Source of the DNA: an uncultured Gammaproteobacteria bacterium
GTDB taxonomy: Bacteria > Patescibacteriota > Patescibacteriia > Magasanikbacterales > GWA2-37-8
DNA: 64,000 nt
NCBI GenBank assembly: GCA_964596525.1
Contig: CAZQUL010000001.1
Span: forward strand, 140,830 to 204,829
Direction: 5' to 3'
Shown: positions 19,187 to 28,065 of the stretch, piece after piece
Layout of the letters: every line of letters begins with the position of its first letter
How positions within the stretch are numbered: position 1 is the first letter of the stretch
The notes under the pieces: model-generated
Seen by the model: only the letters and a program-made list of their open reading frames with translations
Databases searched by the model: none
What the model was told of the DNA's origin: nothing
Translations under genes and position numbers: made by a program

Positions 19187-20338
19187 TTATTTATTTTTGG
19201 CGATAAAACTCTGAAATTCTTTTTCGTAAATGCGTCCGTACACTTCGTAGGGGAAATTAAATTGGTCCACATCTATACCCAGCATCTTCAGTTGCGGAGG
19301 ATCCATATCCCACACATCGTAATAACTGACGTACTGCTCGTTTCGCTCCTTATCGAAGCCGATATCAGCTTTGTATTTGCCCAGTTGGCGAGTATAGCTA
19401 TTACTTGGGAATCTTTTATGTTTTTTGATAAATTCAACTAGGTCACCGAATGTTTTTCCTTTAAAATTCACTCCGTTTCCCAATTCTTTTACATCTTTTT
19501 CCAAAGAGCCAACGGGGTTAATTATACTTTTTATTATTTCACGACTGTCGAATTCGGCATACGTAGCGCGACTGTCTTTTGCCTGTGCAGGACGGTAACG
19601 AGCCGGCTTTACCGTGTCAAAGTACTGCTCCAAACCAAGATATTTTCTGAACATGTCAATTCGAATCTCGGTCATCATACTAAAATAACGCACATCCGGA
19701 GGAACGTCGTCTTTTTTCATTTCTAAAAATCTCTCTTTAGTATAAAAGGGTTTACCTTCTCGAATCTGCTTCAAACGACCAAGTTCATTTATAATTGGTA
19801 CCCCATCATAACTGAAAGGATCCATTCGTTGTGCCATTTTTTCTTTAAAGGCAATTTCTTCAGGGGACATTTTTCCGTCTTTGCGCACTTGGAGAAAATC
19901 AATGCACGTGTTGTACGTATCAACAAGATCGGATGAGATATAGGTGTCGACTATAGCCATTCCAGCAGGCAGCTTACCGCGATCAAGATGCTTACCGTCA
20001 TTGTAGTGAGTCGCTTCTTTTTTGGTGTAGTGCGCGTAGCCGATATAACTGCCGCCCATGGCAAAAGGCAGGGCCAGAACTACCGGACGTATTTTTTTAT
20101 AAAAAGAAGCCAAAACTGCAGAAGCTTTTTTCTTTAGGGCTTTTGCCTCTTCTGCTTTCTGTGGCACAGCTGAAGACTCGATTTCGCTGACTTCTTGAAA
20201 AACTTCGGCGGTCGCTGCGAGTGCTTGATCAAAAAATTCCTCTGCGGCGCGCTCGGTTAATTTGTTGTCAGTTTCAATTTTTTCTGGTTTAAGCTTGGTT
20301 TCAGCTGCCGATCTTTGTTGGAAAAATCTTTTCTCCAT
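19187..20338 (-). CDS. hypothetical membrane-anchored protein (383 aa) in an AT-rich island
   Basis: One TM helix (VVLALPFAMGGSYIGYAHY) after a charged N-terminus. The gene is markedly more AT-rich than its flanks. No family recognised. Confidence 0.55.
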   Translation of the reverse strand: MEKRFFQQRSAAETKLKPEKIETDNKLTERAAEEFFDQALAATAEVFQEVSEIESSAVPQKAEEAKALKKKASAVLASFYKKIRPVVLALPFAMGGSYIGYAHYTKKEATHYNDGKHLDRGKLPAGMAIVDTYISSDLVDTYNTCIDFLQVRKDGKMSPEEIAFKEKMAQRMDPFSYDGVPIINELGRLKQIREGKPFYTKERFLEMKKDDVPPDVRYFSMMTEIRIDMFRKYLGLEQYFDTVKPARYRPAQAKDSRATYAEFDSREIIKSIINPVGSLEKDVKELGNGVNFKGKTFGDLVEFIKKHKRFPSNSYTRQLGKYKADIGFDKERNEQYVSYYDVWDMDPPQLKMLGIDVDQFNFPYEVYGRIYEKEFQSFIAKNK

Positions 20339-20340
20339 AG

Positions 20341-20493
20341 TATTTAACTAGGTGTTGTCAAACCGGACGAAGGGTCTTGATTTTGACGATGCTTTAAATT
20401 TCTTAGTTCCGATTTAATCTCATTCATTTTTACCATAAAATCATGGTAAGATTTTTTAATATGCTCAAGTTGGTCTTGCTGTTCTATAGGCAT
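20341..20493 (-). CDS. possible small coiled-coil ORF (50 aa), not in the ORF track
   Basis: MPIEQQDQLEHIKKSYHDFMVKMNEIKSELRNLKHRQNQDPSSGLTTPS. Ends 2 nt before the 383-aa gene start. AT-rich. No SD. Confidence 0.2.
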
Positions 20494-20560
20494 ACTATTG
20501 GAAAAAATTTAGGATAAGAAAATCTTAGCATTATTCGTCAAAGATGGTCCATACGCATTA

Positions 20561-21031
20561 TCACGTTCTTTCATCAAGCGGCCAGGTGCGCTCGTCATCG
20601 CACCAGACATCACGGGTAATTTCTTTGACAGTCGTAAAGAATGGCTTTTTGAATTCACTGCAGGTGTTCGACGCTTCGGGGTCGATGTAATCTCCGCCTT
20701 GCCAGATACAACGGCCTTGGCACTCAGCATCATTAACGCACGGCGTTTCGTAATCTGTCGTTTCACCCTCCGGGTAGCAGCCATAACGCTGAACATTTCC
20801 TGCTCCACCGAGCTGAAAATAATTAATAAGCACGCCACCGGCTTTGGCACAGCGCTCGATAAGCGTTGGACTCGGGCGCAAGCAACCAACGCCTGTGCGC
20901 GGCAGACGGTCGACGATATACTCGTTGTGATTTATCGGACTAAGATCGGGAGGCGAAGAAAAAAACATCAAGAGTATCCCCACGCTTATAACCCCAAAAC
21001 CCACCGCTACGAGCGCAAGAATCTTTTTCAT
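20561..21031 (-). CDS. secreted or signal-anchored Cys-rich protein, paralogue of 22796..23269
   Basis: Start at MKKILALVAVGF. Conserved block RYGCYPEGETTDYETPCVNDAECQGRC...SNTCSEFKKPFFTT...WCDD is shared with the 22796..23269 protein. Confidence 0.6.
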   Translation of the reverse strand: MKKILALVAVGFGVISVGILLMFFSSPPDLSPINHNEYIVDRLPRTGVGCLRPSPTLIERCAKAGGVLINYFQLGGAGNVQRYGCYPEGETTDYETPCVNDAECQGRCIWQGGDYIDPEASNTCSEFKKPFFTTVKEITRDVWCDDERTWPLDERT

Positions 21032-21033
21032 AG

Positions 21034-22245
21034 TTAAGAAGTCACGAAACGAAAGCGGCGCTGTGTGACTATATAGGTAAACGACAAGAAAAGAGCAATG
21101 CAAGCCACAATGCCGAGAACGCTTTCAAACCCAACGGTGTCAAGCGCGGTACCAAGAAGCACAGGAGCCGAAAGATTCCCGAGCGTCATGATACTCTCAA
21201 AGGCACCACCGCGCTGACCGCTCGTAGCGGCCGGCCCGAGCGTGACGATTTCACGGCGCTGCACGATAATAAAACATTCAAACAATATCCCTAACACAAA
21301 ACTAGCGGCGACTTTCACGCCATACAAGGGAAAAATCGCGATGCTACCCATGACGATAGCGACTCCCACGAGGCTCCCTGCCACGACCGGCAACGGGCCA
21401 TAACGATCAACAAGGCGGCCGAGACGAATTCCGAAAAGCGATGGTAGCGCAGCGACAACCATAAGCAAAATAACAAGCGTCGGCTGCGCTCCTTCGATAT
21501 AGGCGTCGATGGGAATGAAAAACAACATCAGGTCATCGAGGAGCGTAACGAAAAACATGAGCGCGGTAAAAAACCAGAGCCGTCTTCCCCACGTACGCCA
21601 CTCGTCGAAAGCGTTTTTGTAGGAACGCAAGAACGACGTAAGGGCTGGAACGCGGACCCGCGGCTTATCGACCGGCGCATGTAAAACGAGCACGAGGGCG
21701 ACGAGCGAAAACGGTACGACTGCAGCCAACAGCCAATGGATCGGAACGATCGGAGCAAGCCCCATGCCGATGAGCGCGGTAATGATCCAGCCGAAATTAG
21801 AGCAGGAATCGATGTAACCGAACGCTGTCCCAAGCTCGGCACGCTTGGCGAACCGACGGAAATACGTATTTACGCTCAGGTATTCGACCGTCGCCGCGAA
21901 GCCGTGAATCGCGCGGGCGATGACGATGAACACGGCCGCGCCGAGCGTCCCGGCTAAGAAGTAGCTTATACCGACGAAAGGGTACGCGATAAGCGCGATA
22001 ATGATAAGATGGCGAGCGGAAATGCGATCTTCGTAGCTCCCGATGATCGGCAGAGAAAGAATGCTCACGATTTCAAACATCGCCTTGAACAGCCCTGCTT
22101 CGGCAAACGTATCGGCAGCGAAAAAAATAAAGAGCGGCAAGAGCCCGTCTCCGAATCCCCAGCCTGCCCAGCGAACAGCGCGCGCCCATGCCATGAAACG
22201 GACGGCACGTGGAAGAGCGGCGGGAGTTTGGGCCGTTGTGGCCAT
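21034..22245 (-). CDS. MFS transporter
   Basis: About 12 TM segments, MFS-like loops. ORF extends to 22272 with a TTG. ATG start taken at MATTAQ. Confidence 0.75.
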   Translation of the reverse strand: MATTAQTPAALPRAVRFMAWARAVRWAGWGFGDGLLPLFIFFAADTFAEAGLFKAMFEIVSILSLPIIGSYEDRISARHLIIIALIAYPFVGISYFLAGTLGAAVFIVIARAIHGFAATVEYLSVNTYFRRFAKRAELGTAFGYIDSCSNFGWIITALIGMGLAPIVPIHWLLAAVVPFSLVALVLVLHAPVDKPRVRVPALTSFLRSYKNAFDEWRTWGRRLWFFTALMFFVTLLDDLMLFFIPIDAYIEGAQPTLVILLMVVAALPSLFGIRLGRLVDRYGPLPVVAGSLVGVAIVMGSIAIFPLYGVKVAASFVLGILFECFIIVQRREIVTLGPAATSGQRGGAFESIMTLGNLSAPVLLGTALDTVGFESVLGIVACIALFLSFTYIVTQRRFRFVTS

Positions 22246-22321
22246 AAAGAACGAAATAATACTAAAGACCAACTACTAACCACCTACACTGTATCAAAAA
22301 CGCGTCGTTATTCAAAACGCT

Positions 22322-22768
22322 TTAGGTCAGAATTTTTTCCGTCATGATCCGGTTGTCTTCTATGAGCGGCTGCGGCTCGACGGCCGTAAAATAAAATCCG
22401 CTCTGCACGAGAAACGCCAACATTTCGCGCCGGTTATTACGCGTCTTGATCCCGATTTTTCTATAACCGTGCTGACGCGCCCACTCTTCAAGATACTTCA
22501 TCATCGCCCGCAAAATACCCTGGCGACGGAACCGCGGATCAACACCCGCCATCCAACAGTAGAACGATCCGTCGTTGTTTTTATCGTATGAAACCATGTA
22601 TCCGGCCGGTTCATCGGATAGATATGCAACGAGGATTAATTTTTCTTTATCGGCGTATCTCGTTTCAAAATACGCCTTGTCATACGGCTCACCGAATTCG
22701 ACGATCGAGGCGTTTATTTTGACGGCAACGTCAATAGAATCTTCTTTGACGATATTACTAGACATCAT
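22322..22768 (-). CDS. GNAT family N-acetyltransferase
   Basis: Acetyl-CoA binding motif RRQGILRAMMKYLEEWARQHGY, GNAT fold. Confidence 0.75.
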   Translation of the reverse strand: MMSSNIVKEDSIDVAVKINASIVEFGEPYDKAYFETRYADKEKLILVAYLSDEPAGYMVSYDKNNDGSFYCWMAGVDPRFRRQGILRAMMKYLEEWARQHGYRKIGIKTRNNRREMLAFLVQSGFYFTAVEPQPLIEDNRIMTEKILT

Positions 22769-22795
22769 AGGGAATTCTAGATTTAAGAGAGGCAA

Positions 22796-23269
22796 TTATC
22801 CCGCCCCGCACTTGTCACTCCACACAGGAATATCCTCCTGCGAAGCAAACAGCGGTTTTTTAAAATTCGTGCAGGTTGTAACGCCAGTGCGTTGTTTAGT
22901 CGCCCAGTCATATGAACTGCACAGTCCCTCACACATATCATCCGAGGTGCAGGGCTTACCGGCATCAGCGGCACTGCCGGCGGCGAAACAACCGTAGCGC
23001 TTTTCTGCCTCCCCTACGAAAAAAGGGGCCATCATTCCCCCACCGGCCAACGAGCAGCGCCTATCGAGTTCATAACGGGCTTCGCCACACACTACCGTAC
23101 TGGTTGGCCCTAGATGGTACTGTTTATAGGTAAATTCCTCCGCGGTGATAGGGCGCAGATGATGGTTGTTGTACGTGGGAAGTACAATAGATTCATAATA
23201 CTCTCTTCCTAATAAATATCCACCTACCACCATTACCAAAGCAGCGAAAAATATGATCTGTTTTCTCAT
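22796..23269 (-). CDS. secreted or signal-anchored Cys-rich protein, paralogue of 20561..21031
   Basis: MRKQIIFFAALVMVVGGYLL N-terminus. Shared block RYGCFAAGSAADAGKPCTSDDMCEGLC...TTCTNFKKPLFAS...KCG. Confidence 0.6.
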   Translation of the reverse strand: MRKQIIFFAALVMVVGGYLLGREYYESIVLPTYNNHHLRPITAEEFTYKQYHLGPTSTVVCGEARYELDRRCSLAGGGMMAPFFVGEAEKRYGCFAAGSAADAGKPCTSDDMCEGLCSSYDWATKQRTGVTTCTNFKKPLFASQEDIPVWSDKCGAG

Positions 23270-23275
23270 AAAAAA

Positions 23276-23926
23276 CTAGAAGGTCCGTTTATTTTCTTTA
23301 TACATTTCCTGAGAAGCAATTTTGACCAATGTATCAAGCGTCGTGGGAGAGCGTTTCATAAAACGTTCGACCAGCACATATCCCAATCGATATCCGATCC
23401 AACGAGGAAGTTTTCCACTACCGAAAAACCACTCAGCATGATCATACGTCGTACTCATTGATTCTTTTGCAACTCTTTTCCAGAATTTATCTTCGTCTTT
23501 AATTTTCTTGATATAAGGAATCGTGTGAGAAACTGTTGTTTTCTCTACAAAACAGGCTATTCCTTCGGAGACGAGCGCATCCAACAAGGTAGTGCCATAC
23601 CCCACGGAATTTTCGCGAACAATATGAGCCGCTTCATGGAAAATCGTGGAGGGCATACCGCGTTCAATAATTCTCTTTACGTCGATGCGATCGAAATCTA
23701 TTTTTATATCGATGCCCGTTCTGCCCACCGCACTGCCGACGATACCAGTTTCAGGGATGACGTAAAAATCCTGAGCCTGCATGATGATAACTTCAATCGG
23801 CTTTGTATACAAAAAAATATTTCTTACTTCAGCAAGCGCAGCAGAAGACTTTTTAAGAATACTTTGAACATGTCTTTTGGGGACGCCTATCACGTGGATA
23901 TTGTCCGTACATTGTTGCATACGCAT
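23276..23926 (-). CDS. putative zinc metallopeptidase (HExxH, DUF2268-like)
   Basis: HEAAH zincin motif in a soluble ~216-aa protein. Confidence 0.45.
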   Translation of the reverse strand: MRMQQCTDNIHVIGVPKRHVQSILKKSSAALAEVRNIFLYTKPIEVIIMQAQDFYVIPETGIVGSAVGRTGIDIKIDFDRIDVKRIIERGMPSTIFHEAAHIVRENSVGYGTTLLDALVSEGIACFVEKTTVSHTIPYIKKIKDEDKFWKRVAKESMSTTYDHAEWFFGSGKLPRWIGYRLGYVLVERFMKRSPTTLDTLVKIASQEMYKENKRTF

Positions 23927-23934
23927 AAAAAAGT

Positions 23935-24615
23935 TTAGGTAGTATCTTTTCTGCGATACTCATTCACCGTATCATGCGCGAGTCTCGTCGGTTCGGGCAA
24001 ACGATGCTGGCGCACGCATGTTTTAATGATTCCTATAGACTCTTCCAGAGTAATGAGATGCCCCGGCGAAATGAAAACGGGCTTAACCTTCGCTTTGGTG
24101 CGTAGTGCGGCGCCGATTATTTCTTCTTTGTTATAGCGATCGTAGAGATATGAAACCGAACCGGGTTCTTCGCCTGGTTCATCGTAGACGCCGGTGAGCA
24201 CGCTTTTCGCGCAGCCGATCGTCGGAATATCGAGCACGAGCCCGAGATGCGTCGCGATACCAAGCCGGCGCGGATGCGCGATGCCGACACCGTCGACGAC
24301 GATAAGATCGGGTTTTCGCTCAAGTTTTTCCCAGGCTTTGAGGAGCATAGGGATTTCCCGGAACGATAGAAGGCCGGGAATATACGGAAACGGAATGGTA
24401 TCTTTCGCGACCGCATGATCGACAAGCTCAAGTTGCGGGTACGACAACGTGACAAATCCGGCAAACCCTTCCGTCGCGAAGCGGTTCATACTGACATCAC
24501 AGCCGCCGATAAGCGTTACCGGCTTTTGGAGCGGGACGAGCTGGATTTTTTTACGCAGTTCCGTTTGTTGCCGAATTGCTTCGGCCGGAGCGACTTTCCA
24601 GGATGCAGGGCGCAT
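23935..24615 (-). CDS. nfi: endonuclease V (deoxyinosine 3' endonuclease)
   Basis: PYIPGLLSFREIPMLLKAW...DLIVVDGVGIAHPRRLGIATHLG...LPEPTRLAH. ORF reaches 24651. Start placed at MRPASWK by alignment to the E. coli Nfi N-terminus. Confidence 0.85.
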   Translation of the reverse strand: MRPASWKVAPAEAIRQQTELRKKIQLVPLQKPVTLIGGCDVSMNRFATEGFAGFVTLSYPQLELVDHAVAKDTIPFPYIPGLLSFREIPMLLKAWEKLERKPDLIVVDGVGIAHPRRLGIATHLGLVLDIPTIGCAKSVLTGVYDEPGEEPGSVSYLYDRYNKEEIIGAALRTKAKVKPVFISPGHLITLEESIGIIKTCVRQHRLPEPTRLAHDTVNEYRRKDTT

Positions 24616-24631
24616 ACATACACGATTACAT

Positions 24632-24910
24632 TCACTGCTTTTTTCGAACATCTTTCCATGACCACCATTTCATTTTCTCCGCTTCCCGCCCGCCGTTTGC
24701 ATAATACACGGCGCAGCGAAAAACGTATAACAGACAACGATCTTGCACCACTCCGGCATGTCGATTGGAACGATCGTAGAGCTTTTCCGGATCCTCCCCT
24801 TTTAAATCTTCGACCGACTTGATACCAATCGCGCGCAGGTCGCGGGCAATGGATATACCAACACCGGGGATGGAGGTAAGGTTTTGCGGATCGGAAGTTT
24901 TTTTCTTCAT
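24632..24910 (-). CDS. helix-hairpin-helix domain small protein
   Basis: IPGVGISIARDLRAIGIKSVEDL HhH motif. Confidence 0.5.
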   Translation of the reverse strand: MKKKTSDPQNLTSIPGVGISIARDLRAIGIKSVEDLKGEDPEKLYDRSNRHAGVVQDRCLLYVFRCAVYYANGGREAEKMKWWSWKDVRKKQ

Positions 24911-25033
24911 AGTGTTTCTCGTAAAAGCAGTATGTTTACGAAGTATCCCATGTTCTAGAATTTTTTTCTACTTTCGATTGAATGAAAATAAAAACGGTTC
25001 TGAGGATGAGCTCACAACCGTTATGGAAACGAA

Positions 25034-26359
25034 TTATTCATTCGTCGATTTTACTTCAGGAGTAGCCGGTTCTTTTTCATACCGCTCGGCCAATAACTTG
25101 TACGGTTTGGAGCGCATCGCGATGAGCGTCACGATGAGTCCGATTATTCCAGCGCACGTAAACACGAGCCCGATGCCGCGCCCCGGACCAACGCCGTACC
25201 AGCTGCCGATAAGCTCGACACCTTTGCCGGTCGTCATGAACGGAATGAAAACATACTGGGCAATGGGACCGATAAGAAAGGCGGTGAGGGGCGACGCAGC
25301 TTGTTCGATACTTTGCGCGAAGCCGAACACGCGGCCCTGGCGTTCGACCGGCACGACTTTTTGCACGATGGTCTGCTCGGTCGCTTCGATGAAGGGCATA
25401 AGCATGATCCAAACCAGCGTGCACACCGCAAGGAGCACGATGGAGGGCTGTGCAGCAAGAAACATGGCGACGATCCAGAGGGTAATATTGACTCTAAACA
25501 ACGTTTTGAGCGGCTTCGTGCCCAACCCTTTCTTGGCAATGTAGAGCCCACCGAAAATGAAACCAAGGCTCAAAAACGCCCAGAGCGTGCCCCACACGTG
25601 GAGCGGCACGAGCGACAAGCCGTAGGGATCCATGAGCGGCATAAAAACACCGCCCAAGAAGTTGTTGAACGTAGTAAAGAAGATAAGCGCGAAAAGCCCG
25701 GGGATGGATTTGACGACTGCGATAGTGCCGCGAATGTCGAGTTTTTTGGGCGCCGCATCGGTATGAATGATGTCTTTTTCCGGAATAACAAGAAAGGCGA
25801 GATGCACGATAACGAGGGCGATAAGTGCGAGCGCGCCCGTGAGGACCCACGTGAGACCCGCAAAGGTAAGCGCGAAACCGCTGACGATGTTCGCCACCAT
25901 GAACGACATTCCCATCACCGTACCGCTCGCGCCATTGACGCGGTCGCGTTTATCCTCGGGGACGAGGATGGTTGTAAGGGTTGAGAGCGAGATGGCGCGG
26001 ATATTCCCGGCGATGACGCCGAACATGAGAAGCGTGATGAAAGCCCACAGCCACGGACTCGCGACCGTCCCAAACGCGCCAGCAGGAGCGGTGAGGTACA
26101 CACCGAACGCACATGCAAATAGTAGCAGTGTCGCCGCACTCGACATGAGCATAGCGTTTTTCTTGCGGTTATGATCGACGATCGAACCGAACCAGAAACC
26201 GGAGAGCGCAACAAGCACAAGATACACGCCAGACATGACGGATGTAGTAACGACGGATTTGGTGGAAAGATACGCCCAGTACGTAGCACTAAACCAGATT
26301 ATGTTCGTGGTAATGCCGGCAAGAAGAGTGTTGCCGAGCAGATGGTAAAAAGCTTTCAT
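25034..26359 (-). CDS. MFS transporter (efflux-type)
   Basis: 12-14 TM helices with MFS signature loops. ORF extends to 26365 with a TTG. Confidence 0.8.
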   Translation of the reverse strand: MKAFYHLLGNTLLAGITTNIIWFSATYWAYLSTKSVVTTSVMSGVYLVLVALSGFWFGSIVDHNRKKNAMLMSSAATLLLFACAFGVYLTAPAGAFGTVASPWLWAFITLLMFGVIAGNIRAISLSTLTTILVPEDKRDRVNGASGTVMGMSFMVANIVSGFALTFAGLTWVLTGALALIALVIVHLAFLVIPEKDIIHTDAAPKKLDIRGTIAVVKSIPGLFALIFFTTFNNFLGGVFMPLMDPYGLSLVPLHVWGTLWAFLSLGFIFGGLYIAKKGLGTKPLKTLFRVNITLWIVAMFLAAQPSIVLLAVCTLVWIMLMPFIEATEQTIVQKVVPVERQGRVFGFAQSIEQAASPLTAFLIGPIAQYVFIPFMTTGKGVELIGSWYGVGPGRGIGLVFTCAGIIGLIVTLIAMRSKPYKLLAERYEKEPATPEVKSTNE

Positions 26360-26499
26360 AAACAATTAACTCTACAATCAGGCCGAAAACCTGACCTCTG
26401 AAGCTCTCGCAGCGTACCGGAAAAAAACATTTATGACAAGAAGATTCGTCTACATATAAAAAACCGGAGACACTTCATTTCTCCGGTTCTCTTTATCTG

Positions 26500-26874
26500 T
26501 TAGGTGGTTCTCTTCTTGGTGACGCGGGCTATTCTTGCCACAATATTATCAACTGTTTTTTGCACTTCGGGATGAAGACCGTATTCTGAATCGGCGAACA
26601 AGCGCTCCGAGAGTTCGAATTTGCTGGCCAGTGCCGCGACTTCATTATTAATACCGTCGACGAGCGGATGGCGCATGGCAAGCGTAGTTTCCCCGTCGAG
26701 ATCCACTTTATCCATGACTTTTTTTAGAATTTCCCTCTGCGCCCACTGCACCGTAGTATCTCCTGAACCATACGGAACGCTCCGTAAGAAATCCTTCATC
26801 GACATTTTGTCGGGGATTTCACGGTCTTCTTGAAAAGTCGGATCCGAACCACGACCAAAACGTTCTCCTTTCAT
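26500..26874 (-). CDS. hypothetical protein (124 aa)
   Basis: Clean ORF between GC-typical genes. No family recognised. Confidence 0.45.
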   Translation of the reverse strand: MKGERFGRGSDPTFQEDREIPDKMSMKDFLRSVPYGSGDTTVQWAQREILKKVMDKVDLDGETTLAMRHPLVDGINNEVAALASKFELSERLFADSEYGLHPEVQKTVDNIVARIARVTKKRTT

Positions 26875-26928
26875 ACGTTTGAAAATAGTTATATTAACCC
26901 TTTCATCTTATCAGAAAAAAAAATTTTA

Positions 26929-27234
26929 TCAACCATCAAGAGCGGAAAGTAGCACCCGTAACGCACTTGGTCCGATACCATGAAGCGCGGCAATTTGATC
27001 TTCGGTATATCTTTTAAGCTGTGACAAGTTCTTTATGCCGGCATTAGATAGCGCACGCAAGGCCGGAGCGCTGAGTTTGGGAAAATCACTTTGTTGATGT
27101 TTTTTATAATAACCCGACCAGCATTTCGGGCAGACCGGACAATCGCTCGACTTGTAGAACACGTGGCCGCGCGAACATGTTTTTTTCTTTGATCGAGAAA
27201 CTTTTGCGGCTCTGGCAGACGTGGACGTCTTCAT
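26929..27234 (-). CDS. zinc-ribbon plus HhH small basic protein
   Basis: CSRGH...CPVCPKC zinc ribbon and a C-terminal HhH-like LHGIGPSALRVLLSAL. Confidence 0.45.
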   Translation of the reverse strand: MKTSTSARAAKVSRSKKKTCSRGHVFYKSSDCPVCPKCWSGYYKKHQQSDFPKLSAPALRALSNAGIKNLSQLKRYTEDQIAALHGIGPSALRVLLSALDG

Positions 27235-27447
27235 AAAAAAAGAGAAAAAGTATCAGATATTAAATCGTAAGGAAGGTTGTGCTTCCACCACGCAATTACT
27301 CGAAAGCTTCATGCCCCAACGCTGTTAGAGCGGCACCGTTCTTTAGGGACTTAAAAAACCTTGTCGACTGACCTCCACCTGCAGCACGTAGGGGCGCGCA
27401 GCCTGAAATGCATATATCTATAGTATACAGAAGCGAACAAAAATATT

Positions 27448-28065
27448 TCAGGATGCAAGAATATAGTGCGCCACGTCGATAAAATTCCGTTCGCGATACG
27501 ACCACGGCAAAGCTTCTTCTGGACTAATTTCGGCAAGCGTTTTGTTCCAGCCGTCCGGGACAAAGATGGCATTATAACCCCCACCAAAGATATTCTCTGC
27601 AGATGGCGCAATCCATGAAGGAAAATCCGCGCACACTTCAGCACGTGCGATACGGCCGTTGACATGATGCACAAACAGCTTACAGTCGCCGTCGGGTGTG
27701 GCATAAGCAACCGCGGAATTAATAACGGCCCGGCGATCATCAATGCCATTCATTCTATGTAGAATTTCATCGCGGCCATACTGTTTAAGAAACTCCCCAG
27801 CGCGGATTCCCGGCGCATCATCTAGAGCGGCAACGCGCAGATCCGTATCTTCAGTCATGATCGGTACACGTAGTTTAGCAGCCAAAAACAAGGCACCGTT
27901 TTTGGCCACGTCGGCGACGGTCATACCGATTTCATCATATGCCGCTTCCACCCCGTATGTATCCCGCGCGGACACTATATCAATTGGAAAAGCGCACCGT
28001 TCGACGACAAAACGGAGTTGTGCGAGCTTGGCGTTATTGCCCGTTGCAAAAAGAAGTTGTTTCAT
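27448..28065 (-). CDS. non-canonical purine NTP pyrophosphatase (RdgB/Ham1 family)
   Basis: LFATGNNAKLAQL N-terminus and C-terminal GGGYNAIFVPDGWNKTLAEISPEE...SYRERN match the Ham1/ITPase family. Confidence 0.7.
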   Translation of the reverse strand: MKQLLFATGNNAKLAQLRFVVERCAFPIDIVSARDTYGVEAAYDEIGMTVADVAKNGALFLAAKLRVPIMTEDTDLRVAALDDAPGIRAGEFLKQYGRDEILHRMNGIDDRRAVINSAVAYATPDGDCKLFVHHVNGRIARAEVCADFPSWIAPSAENIFGGGYNAIFVPDGWNKTLAEISPEEALPWSYRERNFIDVAHYILAS

